Counted from the first letter of the stretch, positions 38,051-62,830 are shown. The stretch is DNA of 64,000 bases from Tubiluchus corallicola (GCA_030141605.1 JAQGDQ010000769.1:34823-98822), one strand, 5' to 3'. The notes: generated by a model from the letters alone, not told the origin. A program made the numbers and translations.

Positions 38051-41000
38051 AATCACCTGAAGACACACGTAACATCTGCACTACTTGCAAGCAAACAACT
38101 TTAGCTGATTTCTAAAGCAAACCCGAACCTAATCTTAAACTATAAATCAAAACAACCTATTCTTAAAATATTGAAAGGAAACATGCTATTTTTTAAAGAA
38201 TGAATTACGTGAAAGAATTATTAGCACACAAACACAATTTCGCATTCGCGCCACTGGTTCTAATTACACGGCTACCAGCACATGCATTTTGGAAAGAGTA
38301 GCAAAAAACAGGTGCTGTATCTCTTGGTTTAGATGTTTTAACTTGTGACGAACTACACACGTTCTATAGCACAGCCGTAAATGTGAAACATGGATTTTTA
38401 CCTTAGAAAGTTGTGTTCCTTTAACAATTGTGTTACATGCTTTCATGGATTTTATTTATTTAACACATTTAAAAAATTTTAGTTCAGCAACTGAAAATTG
38501 CGTGCTAGCGCAGGGCGTCAGAGATTTTAATAATTGAAGTAGTAGTCGTTTTCTTGTGCGCTCCTTTTTTGGTAGATTATTCCACCCCAAATTTTCACTC
38601 TATAAAAGCTACTTGTCATTAAAGTCCAGTTTGTACCTGAGATGTTATTAGAGTTTTTTAAATCCTGACGGGAAATGATGCGTATGTCTAGTTTACTTCG
38701 TCTTTGCTATCAAAGCTGCCACGATTAGAATAAAACAAATTACAGACCACCTGAGATGCTTTCTCCACTCAAAAAGCAGCTTATAATGTAAATCCCGTAA
38801 AGTATTTGAGTTCACGCCCTGCACACAAAGAAAGATTGTAATCTGCAACAATTTCCTCTATAATGGTCGAAAAAATGCCGAAAAAATAATGAGCCCCGCT
38901 TTTGACCACTTAAGACCTGCTCTCTCTCAACACAAAAGAGGGGCTAAATTATAATCCTTGTGAAATATTTACCTGAGCTACGGGTAGCACCTGTTAGCAA
39001 ATAATGATTATAATACTCTTCCTTTCTGAAGAGGTTAAGCAGACACAGCTGCAATTTTAGCAGCGTGAGAACTTCTGGGTAATGACCAACCTTGAATATG
39101 TTTGCTCTGCTAAATAAACACTAGCGTCCCTTTTTAACAACTTTTCTTGCACCAGTATTGACCCTTGTTGCTTGGTGCTGCTTTGTTTTTTGTAAATCTT
39201 TTCACGATAACTGCTTGTCGTGAACTCATGCAGTGTTTAACATGGTCTAAAGAAAACACTTAGAATTTAACTAAAGTATTTTTAAACGCTTCTGTAAACC
39301 CAAAATAGTCAAGGTAGAAAGTACTTTACTGCTTAGAACTTAGCGCAATGTATTTATCAGAAATGGAATTTTAGCCTTTTGGCTAGAAGCACTATATACT
39401 TTAACGTCTTGTTGTAGACAATTATTTTTCATACTGAACTCGAGTCTTCCGTTGCTACAATCTCTACCTTAAAAAACGTTTTACTTTAAGTCATAAATGT
39501 CAGCTAGCTTTCAAAATGCAACAGATTTTTAAGGGGCGGATCCAGCATTTTTAATAAGATTTAATTCTGCGATTCAATCTCTCTTTTAAGATTGACGATT
39601 TCGTGTTTCATTAATGCAAAATAGAGGCTATAACCGTGAATAAGACAAAATAACGTACACATAAGTTATATATATGTATATTTTCAGATTTTTATGTGGT
39701 TAGTAGAACTTCACAAAGAAATACAAGCAGATCCAGCTTCACATTACTAACATTGTTAATTGCATTTTGTATATGAGAAGTACAGTAAGTATAACTTACT
39801 TTAGACATGATTATACAGTATAAAAGTCTATACTATACTACAAAAAATGTAGCTGCAGCTAATTGGACGCGCGAAAAAATACCGAGTGGTTTCACTGTGA
39901 AATTAACTTTCTTGCTGTAATGGAATTTCGGGAAAATCGGAAATTCTCAGAAAATTTTCTGATTTTTGACACATATCTTTGTGTATTCACTGTGAAATGG
40001 GCCCAATGTAACAGGACAATGCCAGTGGCTCAATCAAATACGCAGGATTCCTGATTTCTCCTCCGGGTCCGTTTCTGTTTTAATTAAGCTGATTATCTGA
40101 TTTGCAACTAAAGATGTAACCGGGTTAACCTTTTCAAGACCAATAAAAAGTTTACGTCTTAACACCAATAATACTGTAAAAGCATTTCAGGTAATTAAGT
40201 AATAGATGAAAATCTTAAATAAGGACTTAATTAATCTTAATTGCGAACGCGAAAAATGAAGTACAGTGCTACTTTAAGATAGTCAGTGTGTCGTATTAGA
40301 ACTAGGCAAGTTTTAGGGTAAAAATGTTTCAAAATTTCAAATACACCGCTGTGTCCACGCCTGAGTTGTTGATAGAACGCAATGAAAAAAACAGACTTTT
40401 TACAAAAAATTTCAAAGTTTTGAGGGCCCCACTAGCTTGGGAGGCCCTATGTTGCAGCCTACACTAGCCATATTGAATAATTTGGATCTGCCGAAAATTC
40501 GCAGCAAAAATTCCCTGTAAAATGGTACCGGAAAATGGCACAAACGGAAAAGCAACTAAAAATAGCACAAATCGAAAAGCAGGAAAAATGCCACCTATGT
40601 TAATTGGATGTAATTGATTTCTATAATAAAACTATAATAATAAAACTATAATAAAACAGTAGAAGGCAGATCTCTGCCAAAACCGAACAATCCTAATTTT
40701 ATTCGTATGATTCTTTTGATTCAAAAAATTAACACAAAGAAAGATAAACAAGCAAACATACAAAATTATACATGTACTGGTATCACATTGACTAGCAAAA
40801 GACTCGCAAAATATTTGTTCATTAAATGGATATATAATCAATAATCCACGATTGTTCCACGTAGCGTTTATATAACTTTTTCACAATTATTTTTGGCGGT
40901 GTTCACAGACAGCGTTACACCGTTTTACAAGTTTTCTCGAAATAGAACCTGGAAATAACTCGTACTTGTGTGTTCTTGTGGAGATAATAAAAGAAGAAGT

Positions 41001-42338
41001 ACTAAACACCCCCCCAGGCCTTCTTGAAGTGCTTCCTGGATGTTTTGTTTTTTGTGAACGTAATGTTCAGTTAAGTTTCAAGGGAAAACATTCCCATTTT
41101 GTGTAGCTACACCCGCCTTTCTTCACACAGTTTCTTGGAAATTTGTATAGATACTTTTTGCGCAATAGGCTTACTGCCATAACAGGCAAAAAACAACCAA
41201 ACAAACAAACAACAGTCAAACAAACAAACAGGCTGTGTTGAAGCATAACATCTTTGGCACAGGTAAAAATAATTAAAATATTTATACCCCACTGCAATCC
41301 TAACCACATGTATTACTAAGTGCGCCATATTTTCCTATGACATTTTTACCTAGTTTTCCATCTGTGCCATTTTTTCCTGTGCTATTTTCCCTGTGTCATT
41401 CTTACCATGCTATATTTCCCGGAAACATTTTACCTGTGCCACTTTTTCCTGTGGCATTTTATCTGTACTATTTTTACCTACATTCGAAAATTCATGTTAT
41501 GACAAATGTGCAAAGATTGTTGACTTTGTATGAAAAATGAAGGTTATTGACGTTTGCTAGTTTTCCCTGCGTCTAAAATAATTCAAAAGACCCACAAGTG
41601 AGGTTTATGCATAAACATTTAATGTTATAATGAAAAAACCTATAGCAAGTTAGAATATGTTTAGAATATGTAGAATAAATTTATTTTAAGGAAGACAGGA
41701 TGATTTTTCATACGTTACCCCATTTTCATTTCCAGTGAAAAGTAACATTTTAACATCAATAATACTGAAAAATCATTTTTGATAATTAAATGATAGATGA
41801 AAATCTTAATTTATGGCAGGTGAGCCAAACTATTAATGACGTCATAAACTAACACAGTTTTCAACATTAAACGCGTTCCATGAGTGTGTTGCTCGTGTTT
41901 GTGAAAGTGAAGATTGAAGTACAGTGCTACTGTAAGATATTCAGTGTTTTGTACTAAAACTCGACAAGTTCCAAGGTAAAAATGCATGTTTCAAATTTAC
42001 CGCTGTGCTCACGCATGAGCTATAGAAAGTGTGTAGTTTGTCACAAACTAAAACATCTAAACCAAGAAATATAGCACCTGTTTTTTGTGCTACGCTTTCC
42101 AAAATGCACGTGGCTGGTAGCCGTGTAATTAGAACTAGTGGCGCGAAATTCTGTTTGTGTGCTAATAATTCTTTCACGTAATTCATTCTTTAAAAAATAG
42201 CATGTCTCCTTTCAATATTTTAAGAATAGGTTGTTTTGATTTATAGTTTAAGATTGGGTTCGGGTTTGCTTTAGAAATCAGCTAAAAGTTGTTTGCTTGC
42301 AAGTAGTGCAGATGTTACGTGTGTCTTCAGGTGATTTA
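38051..42338. repeat. Inverted pair of a dispersed repeat: ~38051..38400 and ~42000..42338; further family fragments at ~40180..40370, ~43445..43590 and ~53090..53630
   Basis: aaatcacctgaagacacacgtaacatctgcactacttgcaagcaaacaac... at 38051 is the reverse complement of ~42288..42338. Paralogous spurious ORFs at 38264..38446 and 41941..42186. Confidence 0.85.
40500..41485. mobile_element. ~1 kb foldback/MITE-like element with modular subterminal repeats (GGAAAAATGGCACA / TGTGCCATTTTTCC)
   Basis: Left end ggaaaatggcacaaacggaaaag..., right end repeated gtgccatttttcctgt; interior shared with 55780..56765. Confidence 0.7.
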
Positions 42339-43822
42339 ATTACCATTAATTGTGCAATTAAGACCCCTGCACCGTGAAATGCAGTGGTCCGAAGGAGAGG
42401 TATTTCCTTTGTTCTTTGGTAATTGAGGGTAATTTGGGGATTATAGTGAACCTATCAATCGTGTTGTAGGGTTGGCACGAATTAGGGACCCTGGCCGGGT
42501 GTTCTGGGGGATTAGGGACCCCGAATTGGGTAGTAATCACCCCTCGCAGCTAGAATGTAATGCTCCATTGATAGCTAATTGTGGGGATTAGTAGTCACTC
42601 AGGTGACTGCCAGAACGAACTGGTTACTGTTTGCACACACACAATGAGTCTATTGAAATGATAATACCATAATTACCCCCACGCTATTGTCATCCAGAGA
42701 GGATTAGCTAAATAAATGATTACTTACCTGGCACAGGTTTCTCTAGAAAGTCTTTATACTGTGCGTAACTAGTGTACTGGGATGGGCTAGCCAAGGGCAC
42801 CTGTTTGTGATTTTTAAGAGTGGAAGTTAAATGCTGTAGGCGCGAGTGTAACCAGTTTGAATGAATAGTAGATACCACGAATTGTATTTACGCAAATTTT
42901 ATTGAATGATCTACAATTTTTTAATTTTTTTTCTTTTATCCAGACTAGATTAGAAAAAAGAAAGGTTGCAATTACACAAATACTTTTTTCAGAATTAATT
43001 AGATTAAATCTACATTTATCTATATTTTTTTTAATTTTATCAGTTCAAAAAATTGCATTTGCATTTGTTTTTTCAAATTATGCACATTTAAACTATTAGA
43101 AACGCATTACTATCAGACTAGAATAATGAGACAGGAATGACGTTACTTTTGGAAATTTCGGAAATTTTATTTTTTATCTTTCCATCATGGGAGCTTCCGG
43201 CGTGGTGGATGGTGGAAGGATGGTCGTTGCTGCTGCTGCTACTGTAGAAGGTATGATCTATATATCATCATCATAATCATCATAATCCTCCTGAATTAGC
43301 ACGTCAAAATAAAAATCATCAAGATCATCTTCATCGCCAACGCCATCAGTGCGATTATCATCATCATCATCACTGCTGCGGCTGTCATCATTTACAAAAT
43401 TTACAAGATTGCAAAAGTATTCATTAGCAAAAGTATTCAACGAGTGTGTTGCTGTAAGATACTCAGTGTGTCGTACTAAAACTAGGCAAGTTTTAAAACA
43501 AAAATTCAAATTTAAAATTTACCGCTGCACTGACGTATGCGCTGCCGAACGTGTGCAGTTCGTCACAAACTAATACATCTCAACATGCCAGGTACAGAAT
43601 GTGTTTTATGCAAAGCATGCTCATGTCTAAGTGTGCTTGCATTGAAAAACTATCCATAAGTCGGCAGTTAGGTTTTTAGTGATCCATTTGCCTTGAATCT
43701 CCGTTTCGTGAGTGTCATTTTGGTACCAATTTCATTGCTCTACGATATTTCTAAGCTGAGATAATCTACGTTGAAGTTGAGGTGCAGGCTAGGCATTGAA
43801 GAACATAATCTTGAGATGATCA

Positions 43823-45545
<1,723 letters not shown>

Positions 45546-45641
45546 GCGTGAATCCTGAGCTTACAGTATGGAAAAGTGAAAATGTTTTCTAAAAGCAAGT
45601 TTATGTACATCAAGTTAGTTAAACACAGTAATCCGGATAAA

Positions 45642-54475
<8,834 letters not shown>

Positions 54476-55419
54476 TCTTGTATTTATGAAGGAAAAACAA
54501 TTTTGATAAAATGTGAGATCTCATAGTGAAAGTTGAACGTCATTGTTGCAACTTTGTGAATGATAATAATGTTATTCTTTGGCATTACATTGTTGGTGTT
54601 TAAATTAACCCATTTATTTACAACAACCAGACAATCCACATGTTGACATCTACCATTTCCTAATTCTAACTGTGGTGTGGTACTTGTTGTATCCCTTTTG
54701 ATCCATCCTATCTCTGCCATGCTCCCATTCCATGATCCCATTCACGAATAGCTGATTGCTAATAATTCCATAAGCAGCTGACCATCTGTCTCCTTATTTT
54801 AGTCGTTTAAATCCAATTCTGTTAGATGCTAAAATGACATGCTATTATCGCGTGTTTTCCTGTTTGTAGTTAAAAATGACTTAGACTTGCAAATGGAAGT
54901 TCCTATTGTTTTTGCTCTTATTTGCTCATTTGTTCATATCTTCAAGACTCTTCAAAAGAGTCAGTGAAATGAACAGGTTATCAAAATATAATTTGTAATA
55001 AAGTTGCGGAGTTCAAGAAATAAATCCACAACTGTTAAACCGCCCATACCAAGATGAGCATCATATTATGTCTGAGCAGCTGACTGATAAGATTCGCAGG
55101 TATCAAATATTCTAAAGTCTTGGAACCGAATCTTGTTGGTTTGCCATGCAGTAAACTGTTTAGCAGAATTTCACCATAACTAGATTGATGCTTTCGTTGA
55201 CCTTAATTGCTTGCTCCACTGGCCAGTGCATTAAGAATTGTCTATTCAACATAGCGAAGTGCATTATAGCTACAGACATTCTGCTTACAGCATCTAATGT
55301 CAAATTATGTGAACGTACCATTGAATATGTTCAATCAATATGCATTGTTGTAAGTAGATTGTAACCAGAAATTAATAAAATAACCAGTTCAAGTTTTACT
55401 TTGTCTCGCTTTGGGTTAT

Positions 55420-55500
55420 AGTTACTGTTAATTTGACAGACCTGGTATTTAGTGAAGCACAGAAGGATATTCTGGCATTGGGGCTCAAATTTGTGTTTGG
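55420..55500 (+). mobile_element. Penelope-like element N-terminal relic
   Basis: TVNLTDLVFSEAQKDILALGLKFV matches the V.NLS...L...E..L..GL.F motif that precedes Penelope RT. Confidence 0.5.
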
Positions 55501-55779
55501 ACTTTTGTGCTTCCCTGTTTTGGAGTTTTTTCGAATATTAGACATGGCATTTTTATTTTTTATTTCTATTTATTCATTAACATTTATACATATATTAAAA
55601 GTAAGAAACAGCAGGTGTAAGAGGACTTGCGCTGATTGTTTCTTGTATAAACTGCCGTAAATAAAAACTTCAGACAAATTCAATATGTAGTTTACATTGA
55701 CTTTTAACGTTTAAAATGCGGTTTCTCTCTGACAAATATTTTACACATCCATCTTTGCCAAACATCAGTTATTAAATGC

Positions 55780-56765
55780 TCACATGGCACTGGAGAAAAA
55801 GACATTAGAAAAAAGACACAAATAGGAAAGTAGTGGCATTTGATGGCATATGTTATTTTCATGCAGTTTATTTCTATAATAAAAATAGAATGCACTCAGT
55901 AGGAAGCAGATTTCTACCAATGCCGAGCAATCCTGGACTTATTCGTCTGATTGTTTTGACTAAAAAAGACAAAATTAAGATAAACAAGCAGACATAAAAA
56001 TGTACCTGTATTGGTATTATGTAGGCTATTTTGTTCATTAAGTAGAATTATAATCAATCGTTCACGTGTGTTTATCTATTTTTGTTTAACAATTAAGTTT
56101 AGGGATGGTAACTGACTGACATTTTCCAAGCGAGAATTTTTAGATGTGAAAGCTGGAACTAACTCATAGTGGTTTATCCTGGTGGAGATAATGAACAACA
56201 AGTACTAACACTCCATATGGAGACTTCCACGAAGCGCTTGACGAATATTTTACGTATGTCATGGCAGATTACACTAAGAACAATCTATATATGTATGCTG
56301 TGTTTGGTTAAGTTTTGCAAGTAAGAACGGGTGAAAAAATGCCTATTTTGGCAGCCTATACCTCCTTTTTCCACAAATTTTCGTGGGAATCTGTAAGGTG
56401 TTTTTGGGTAATAAAAAAAGAACCAAACAAACTGTGTTGAAGCATAACTTCCTTGGCAGAGGTAAAAATATAAAATAATTATCCCCTACAGTAACCTTGA
56501 CCCTAACTGTGCTGTTTTTCCTGTACCATATTTACCGTGCTATTTTCCCCATGCCACTTTTTCCTCTGCCATTTTTTCCTACTTTTTCGTTTGTGCCATT
56601 TTATCCACAATTCCATTTGTGCGATTTTTCCTGTGCCATTTTGTCTCCTTTCCATTTGTGCAATTTCTTCCTGTACCATTTTATCTCCTTTCCATTTGTG
56701 CCATTTTTTTCCTGTGCCACTTTACTTCCTTTCCATTTGCGCTATTTCTTCCTGTGCTCTACCGA
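55780..56765. mobile_element. Second copy of the foldback/MITE-like element, with expanded right subterminal repeats
   Basis: Shares gcagat.tct.ccaa..ccga.caatcct and ctgtgttgaagcataac..c.ttggca.aggtaaaaata with 40660..41270. Tandem ~42 bp units of cctttccatttgtg...cctgtgcca at 56590..56760. Confidence 0.7.
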
Positions 56766-57989
56766 AATGGTGAAATGACAATAATAATCCATTGTTCTGC
56801 TGTACAAGTACTTCAACGCAGCGGACTTATTACACAGCTAGCTGAAGGTTGGACGAGGAAGACGAATGTCAAATCTACTAGCCGCTGCAGTGGCGCCTAC
56901 TACTGCATCCGTGGATGAAGCAGAAATATTATATCAACGATGTAAATTAGTAGAGCAAATAAACAGAAAAATTGTGCATTTTTGAGAAAATTATGTAATT
57001 TCTAGCACAGGTACATAGCGTTTCGTCTTAGGTGTGGAGGGAAAACAGATTTGTCCTTTGAGAGCTGCTAGAGATCAAATTCAAAATGGCTGCCATCGAC
57101 AAAGGCAAACTTTCTCAATTGTCATATTTTGCCAACTTCTGATGCAGCACTACGAGTAAAGTATCTATATTTGCCAAAATTTAATATGGAATAATTTAAA
57201 GTAAATATAGGAGCAAAATTTCAAATCACATTTGAATATTTGAGTTTGCATTTGACAGAAATCCAAGATGGCGTCTATAAGTAGGATTATCAAGCACCCA
57301 GCGTTTCGAGTGTATCGTTTTGTGAGACACTGTAATTGATATAATTTTCAGCTAAAATAAGTTTTCCATCCTTTTCAAAATAGTTTTGAAATTTACAATA
57401 ACATGTTATTATAAGGATTTAGATAAATTAACATTAGAGTTTATCTTTCACAGTAACATGACTGTTTGGGCTTTACGGTGACAAACAAAGTCATCATTTT
57501 GCTCAGAATAACTGTTTATTGTTTGTGTACCATTTTCACGTCACATGCACCTTTACTTCATCATATCTGACACTGTGACGCCATTACCCAAAATATTACA
57601 TTTTATCTGAAACAAGATATATAAATTCCTTTAATAAACTAATTCGTTTCTATCAAAAGATCGATTACGATTACGTGAAATTAATGAGAGACTTACAGTA
57701 AATAAAATAAATAACTAAATAAAATTTACATACATCGTTGGCATTAAATCGTGAGTTCACAGAAACACGTCATCACTTGAACACATTGAAACTTAAATAA
57801 ACGGAAATTGACTAGGATGCAAAAATTGAGGCCAGATGTTGCCACTTGTAACTGTAAAACGCTATATTAAATTTAACAAACAAAAATCCTTGACACCGTC
57901 TACTTAAAGGTATGTTAGACATTTACTATTTACTACAAAGAGTTTAACAGAGCAAACATCTTTATGAACTGTCAATCTAATTTTTACAG

Positions 57990-58740
57990 TGCTTCTCAAC
58001 CAAGTACTTTCAAGTGTGCTTTCAACCAAGCATAATCTGTGAATGGGGCGCTGCAGCTGCCCATCCTTTGTTTTTAGTGTTACGCTTCTCACTAGGCCGT
58101 CTCTTCCAACATGTTTTTCCGTTATTCGAGCAAGAAGCCAACAACTTCTGGGGGTTTCATCCATTATCAGTACAACGTCGCCTATTTCGACATCCTTCTT
58201 CTAGCGATTCGATTTTGAGCGGATCTGGAGAAGCGGCAAGTACTCTGTCTGCCAACGTCGCCAAAAGACATCAGCAGAGACAGGCACAGATGCCAAGACC
58301 TCACGTCTGTTGCTCATCCACTTAGTTATGTGGAATCCACCAAGAGACAATAAGGCAGTCAGTTGAGAAACTAGCTGTATGGCTTCATTCACGGTGTTTA
58401 GCGATTTTAAAAGGTCGTCCACATAGAAGTTTCGTAAAACGGTAACGACGGGTAATTTGCGGGAAACAGATCTGCATTGTCTTTTGCAGTCCTTTGCAAA
58501 GCAAATGATGCAACCCTCGGGGACCACACCCCGCCAAACAAGTGTACACACATTCTAAAAGTACGTGGTTGACTGTTAAGATTACCATCTTTCCACCAAA
58601 GGAAACGCAACATATCTCTGTGTTTTGGAGACACGATCACCTGGTGGAGCATCTCCCGGATATCCACCATTACTGCAATAGGATTCTCTCTAAACCGAAG
58701 CAAAACTCCAATGCACGTGTTTGTAAGATCTGGCATGTTG
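57990..58740 (-). mobile_element. Bel-Pao LTR retrotransposon remnant (RT fused by deletion to the post-integrase C-terminus)
   Basis: GVLLRFRENPIAVMVDIREMLHQV, FYVDDLL, GGFHITKWMSN, then directly FWRRWQTEYLPLLQ and PRSCW.LARI....GRDGLVRSVTLKT....QRPIHRLC. Confidence 0.92.
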
Positions 58741-59199
58741 TTTTAACGAAGTATTTTACGATGTAAAACTTTTTCACAAATTATCTTGTAAATGTGGACA
58801 GATTACGCTAAACGTTTTCCACACTGGAAGCGTAATAATGATGGGGGATTTCTCCCACGCATTTGATAAATATAATGATTTCGCATACGAGAAGATGATG
58901 TTCGCTTGCCTGCTTAATGATTGCCATATGTAGCTGAAGAATAAACTGTTTTGTATCGCATAAACGAATATATAATTGTATAATGAAATTTGTAGAATTT
59001 TTAATAATTATTTTGTATTACATAAGTGAATGGAGAAATGTATAATCAAACGTGTAGAATTTTAATAATCAAAGAAACATGTAATCAGTTGTAGAAACAA
59101 TCACTTGTAGAAATCATTTGTACATAAACGATAAATATTTATGAAAATTTGATTTTTGATGCTTGGAGAAGTATTTCAATCACTTTCACCTTAAATGCG

Positions 59200-59608
59200 A
59201 AATTTTCTCTGCAAATCTTAATTAAATAACACATGTTGATGAATAAACAACACACTCTAACGTGCACGTATTACACAATAATAAAAGCAAGTACATAAGA
59301 TCATGACTCATCCTTAGAGCAACTGTACATGTGCAAACCTACAACAAGTTAGTCCAACCGCGCATGTGCAAACGTACACGTCATTTCAGACACTCTCTCT
59401 CTAAAGCAAAATTTTCACTGCAAAGCTTAATTAAATAGCACATGTTGATGATAAATTGATGTGCTCTAACGTGTATGACTTCACATATTACGCAATTGTA
59501 AAAACAATTGCTTAAGATCATTATACATTCTTAGAGCAACCATGCATGCACAAACCACAATCTCATTTCACAACAAGATAGACCAACCGCGCATGCGCAC
59601 ACCTACAT
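59200..59608. repeat. Diverged tandem duplication, period ~210 bp
   Basis: aaatttt...ctgcaaa.cttaattaaata.cacatgttgatga ... ccaaccgcgcatg occurs twice (from ~59200 and ~59408). Confidence 0.8.
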
Positions 59609-60089
59609 TTAATACATGTAAAGTAATACGTGTCGCTGTGGCCTGAGTGGTGCCTGATTGGTTGATGTCTATATTATCACTTAGCTAGATCATTACAGAG
59701 AAATAGACCAAGTGTTTATTACATTTTACAAAGGATGTAGCTTTGTCACATAAATGCACAGAGCTTGAGTCATTTTACAGGTGATTATAGAAATCATAAC
59801 TGTTTGTTAAATACAATATTTATGATTACTGACAGCAAAATGTTAGTAGGGTAGCTCTGCTACAAATACCTTAAACATTCTCTAGAACAAACAGTGCAGA
59901 TACTTGTCCCCTACGAGATCTGACTTTTCAACTGCTATATAAATATCAATGACTATAAAATTACTCTAATGAAATAACACACCTTGAAGTAAATCCTTAA
60001 CAGTTGGCAAATAAAAAAATCAAAGGACTTGATAGCATGAATGATGGAAAAATTTAAATTTTTTTAGCAACACAAAGTTTTTACTTTGT

Positions 60090-61190
60090 TTAATTTAGTC
60101 CTATCCATTTAGGTGGCCAATAATCACTAGCAATGAACAAGTGTGTTTTGTCTCTGTACCTATCAGGAAGCATATCACGAAAATATACTACAGTTCCATT
60201 TGATAAATATCCACACCAGAAACTGAATGTTCCTACTGTTATGATCACGTGATTGCATAGTTGACTTACTATGCACATGTCAACAGCAGGCTCACTGTTG
60301 TTAGGCATGAAAACGACAACTGATCCATTAATGTTTTCTTTGTTCCAGGTTGTATCCTTGCCAAGAACAACAAACACTACGTTTGTAAATTTGCTTTTCA
60401 TAAATTCCATGGACCTTTTGATATATTCAGCTGAAGGGACTTTAAAAATTGTTGACAAGATATCGCCTCTTCGCACGTGAATTCCCACTAATGTTACTGT
60501 AGCAGCAAAAATACCTCTCTGCTGTAATTCATAATTTAACAACATTCTCGCTTTTGTGATGGTTTTACTGTTAAAACTAAATTGACTTTTAATTTCGTCT
60601 TTCAAGTCTTTAAAATATTTATATGAGTGGAGATACCCTTTCAAACTTATGTTTGTTGGGTGTCCAATGTAATCTATTAAATGTTGCGAATGAGGATAAA
60701 ACTTTGTGCCATATCTTAATCTAACACGCCGAAACTGTTTTCTAAAGTACAAATATTTAACTGAAGACATTGTTGGTATCTTTAGATGTGAAAAGACATT
60801 GTACAAGGAAAAATCTTCTGGCAATACTGGTGTAAAGCGATTTGCACGTGCTATTCCGTACAAGGAAGCATAGCTAAACATGTTATTTCCAAGTCTTCCT
60901 GGCAGCATTCCCATAGTTATGTAAGACACTCTGTTTTTCAGTGAGTGTAGAGTAACTCTTGCATTCTGACGTCTTGAGTACAAACGGTTTTCTTGCTCTT
61001 CAGTTTTCATAATGAAATGATATTTAGTACCGAGGCTTCTAGGCCTAGGTCTTTCTATGTCTACCATGCGTAACTTTTGTTTCACGACAACCCAAACGTA
61101 AACAAAACCACAAAAAGTCATCAGTAAGAAAAATGTGAACACAGCCTGTTGTCTATTGGTATGTTTTCTTATGGTGTCATGATGTTCCAT
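60090..61190 (-). CDS. GT11 alpha-1,2-fucosyltransferase-like protein, copy C, single coding exon, 366 aa
   Basis: Anchor AVFTFFLLMTFCGFVYVWVVV; GRLGNNMFSYASLYGIA, GYLHSYKYF, VGIHVRRGD, CNHVIITVGTFSFWCGYL and DYWPPKWIGL. Confidence 0.95.
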   Translation of the reverse strand: MEHHDTIRKHTNRQQAVFTFFLLMTFCGFVYVWVVVKQKLRMVDIERPRPRSLGTKYHFIMKTEEQENRLYSRRQNARVTLHSLKNRVSYITMGMLPGRLGNNMFSYASLYGIARANRFTPVLPEDFSLYNVFSHLKIPTMSSVKYLYFRKQFRRVRLRYGTKFYPHSQHLIDYIGHPTNISLKGYLHSYKYFKDLKDEIKSQFSFNSKTITKARMLLNYELQQRGIFAATVTLVGIHVRRGDILSTIFKVPSAEYIKRSMEFMKSKFTNVVFVVLGKDTTWNKENINGSVVVFMPNNSEPAVDMCIVSQLCNHVIITVGTFSFWCGYLSNGTVVYFRDMLPDRYRDKTHLFIASDYWPPKWIGLN

Positions 61191-62039
61191 GATTAAACTT
61201 ACAACTAAAAATACACCTAGGCTCTGGCTGTTTTATGTGAGACAGATGATACAGTTTTATCAGCGTTTTTCCGCTAAGTGAAACTGAAGGCTACAGCACA
61301 AAGGTCTATAGAAATCAGTTTATTCCAATTTTAACCAAGACTACAATACCAACTACAATCTCTGAATCACAATAGGCATCAACATCCACACACACGTGTG
61401 CTCACGCACACACGCATGCACGTAGGCACAAAACTTTTGAGTGCTTCAAACAACCAATTGTTTGGATATAATAAGAGATCATCTACTAACTTTTGCAACA
61501 ATCAAATCCTCCTATAAATAATTCTGCAGCAAAAATTAATGTTAAGTACCCTAAGATGTTCGATGCTTTCTTCGATGGACACTTTTTTTACGTGAGCAGC
61601 ATACCTGTTACTCGAAAAATTAAACATGACAGAAGACTTATTTTGCGTGTCAGTAGGAAATCAGTATCGGTGCATGTGTGTGGATTTTTCTAAAAACTCG
61701 GAGCCAGTAGTTGGAGACTTGGCAGAAATTAATCGTTTTTATGAAAGGTAAAATCATTTACACCAGCCGAATGTCATTAACGAACTTGATATAATTGACA
61801 ACTGAATCACTCTAATAAATATAAAACATAATATAAAATCTCATTACCATTATAAGTGCACACAAGCATGAAGATGATCAAAGCAGCAACTGACCATGCC
61901 GTGAAACAAATTAAGATTGGTCTGATTTTAAGACATAATTTTAAACTCTTGCTGAGACTTGGTTAATTAAACACTTGATTCTAAATCATTTGAATTACCA
62001 AACTAGGCCCAAGTGTAGTTAAGAAAAGTAGAAGTAGAA

Positions 62040-62830
62040 AAAGAAAAGGTGGCATTGCGTTTGTATGTGCCAAATAATTTCCAAATTCACTTAATCAACG
62101 TCCATACCCATCATATTGCGTGGCGGATTTCAAAATTCAGTGGCTGAACTAATAAAACATTGAGTTTATGAGTTAATTGTTCTTCGTGGCTCATTTCAAG
62201 AATCCGGTGGCTATATGTAAAGCTGAAATAAAAGCAAAGACAGCATTACACTTAACATAACCATTATGACAAATGAGCCCAAGATACATAATGAAATTTA
62301 TTAAGCTCTGTAAACACTACTTTGGTTATTTTACCTCTGTCCCAGAAATAATTAGTTCATAACAAGGACTTTTCACAATCAAAACCTAATTAATAATCAA
62401 ATCTGACTAACAAACTTAATTTTTTTTTCAACAAAACTACATTACGACATTTCACGAATGGTTTCGCAGTAGCTTATAAAGATCGTCATGTATATTAATC
62501 ATGTGCAATTGCCGTCACATGGTTTGAAATAAATTGCTCTGTTATTGGCGTAACATACAAAAGATCTAACAAATGATAATCCTTTTTTAAATGTACTTCC
62601 TCGTTCAGTTAGAACACATATCGAACGAAAGCAACAAAATAACTATGATGGCGGACTTCAACATTGACCTGAGTAAGCCAAACAATCCAGCTTACAAAGT
62701 GTATTCTAAATTCCTAAATAGATATAATTTTGAAATTGTTAATGACAAAAATCAATCAAAAAGAATTTTAAAAACCACAACAACCACAACTGGCCTTATT
62801 ATAACACAGGAGAACTCACATATGTCATTT
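62040..62830 (+). mobile_element. LINE AP-endonuclease relic
   Basis: RKGGIAFV and ITMMADFNIDLSKP motifs, interrupted. Confidence 0.5.

Noticed and set aside
43258-43573. Asp-rich and Ser-rich ORFs
   Set aside because: Low-complexity (TCA)n sequence fused to a dispersed repeat; no domain.
56497-56778. Regularly spaced repeats resembling a CRISPR array, with Phe/Cys-rich ORFs
   Set aside because: No unique spacers, eukaryotic context; these are subterminal tandem repeats of a foldback-like element.
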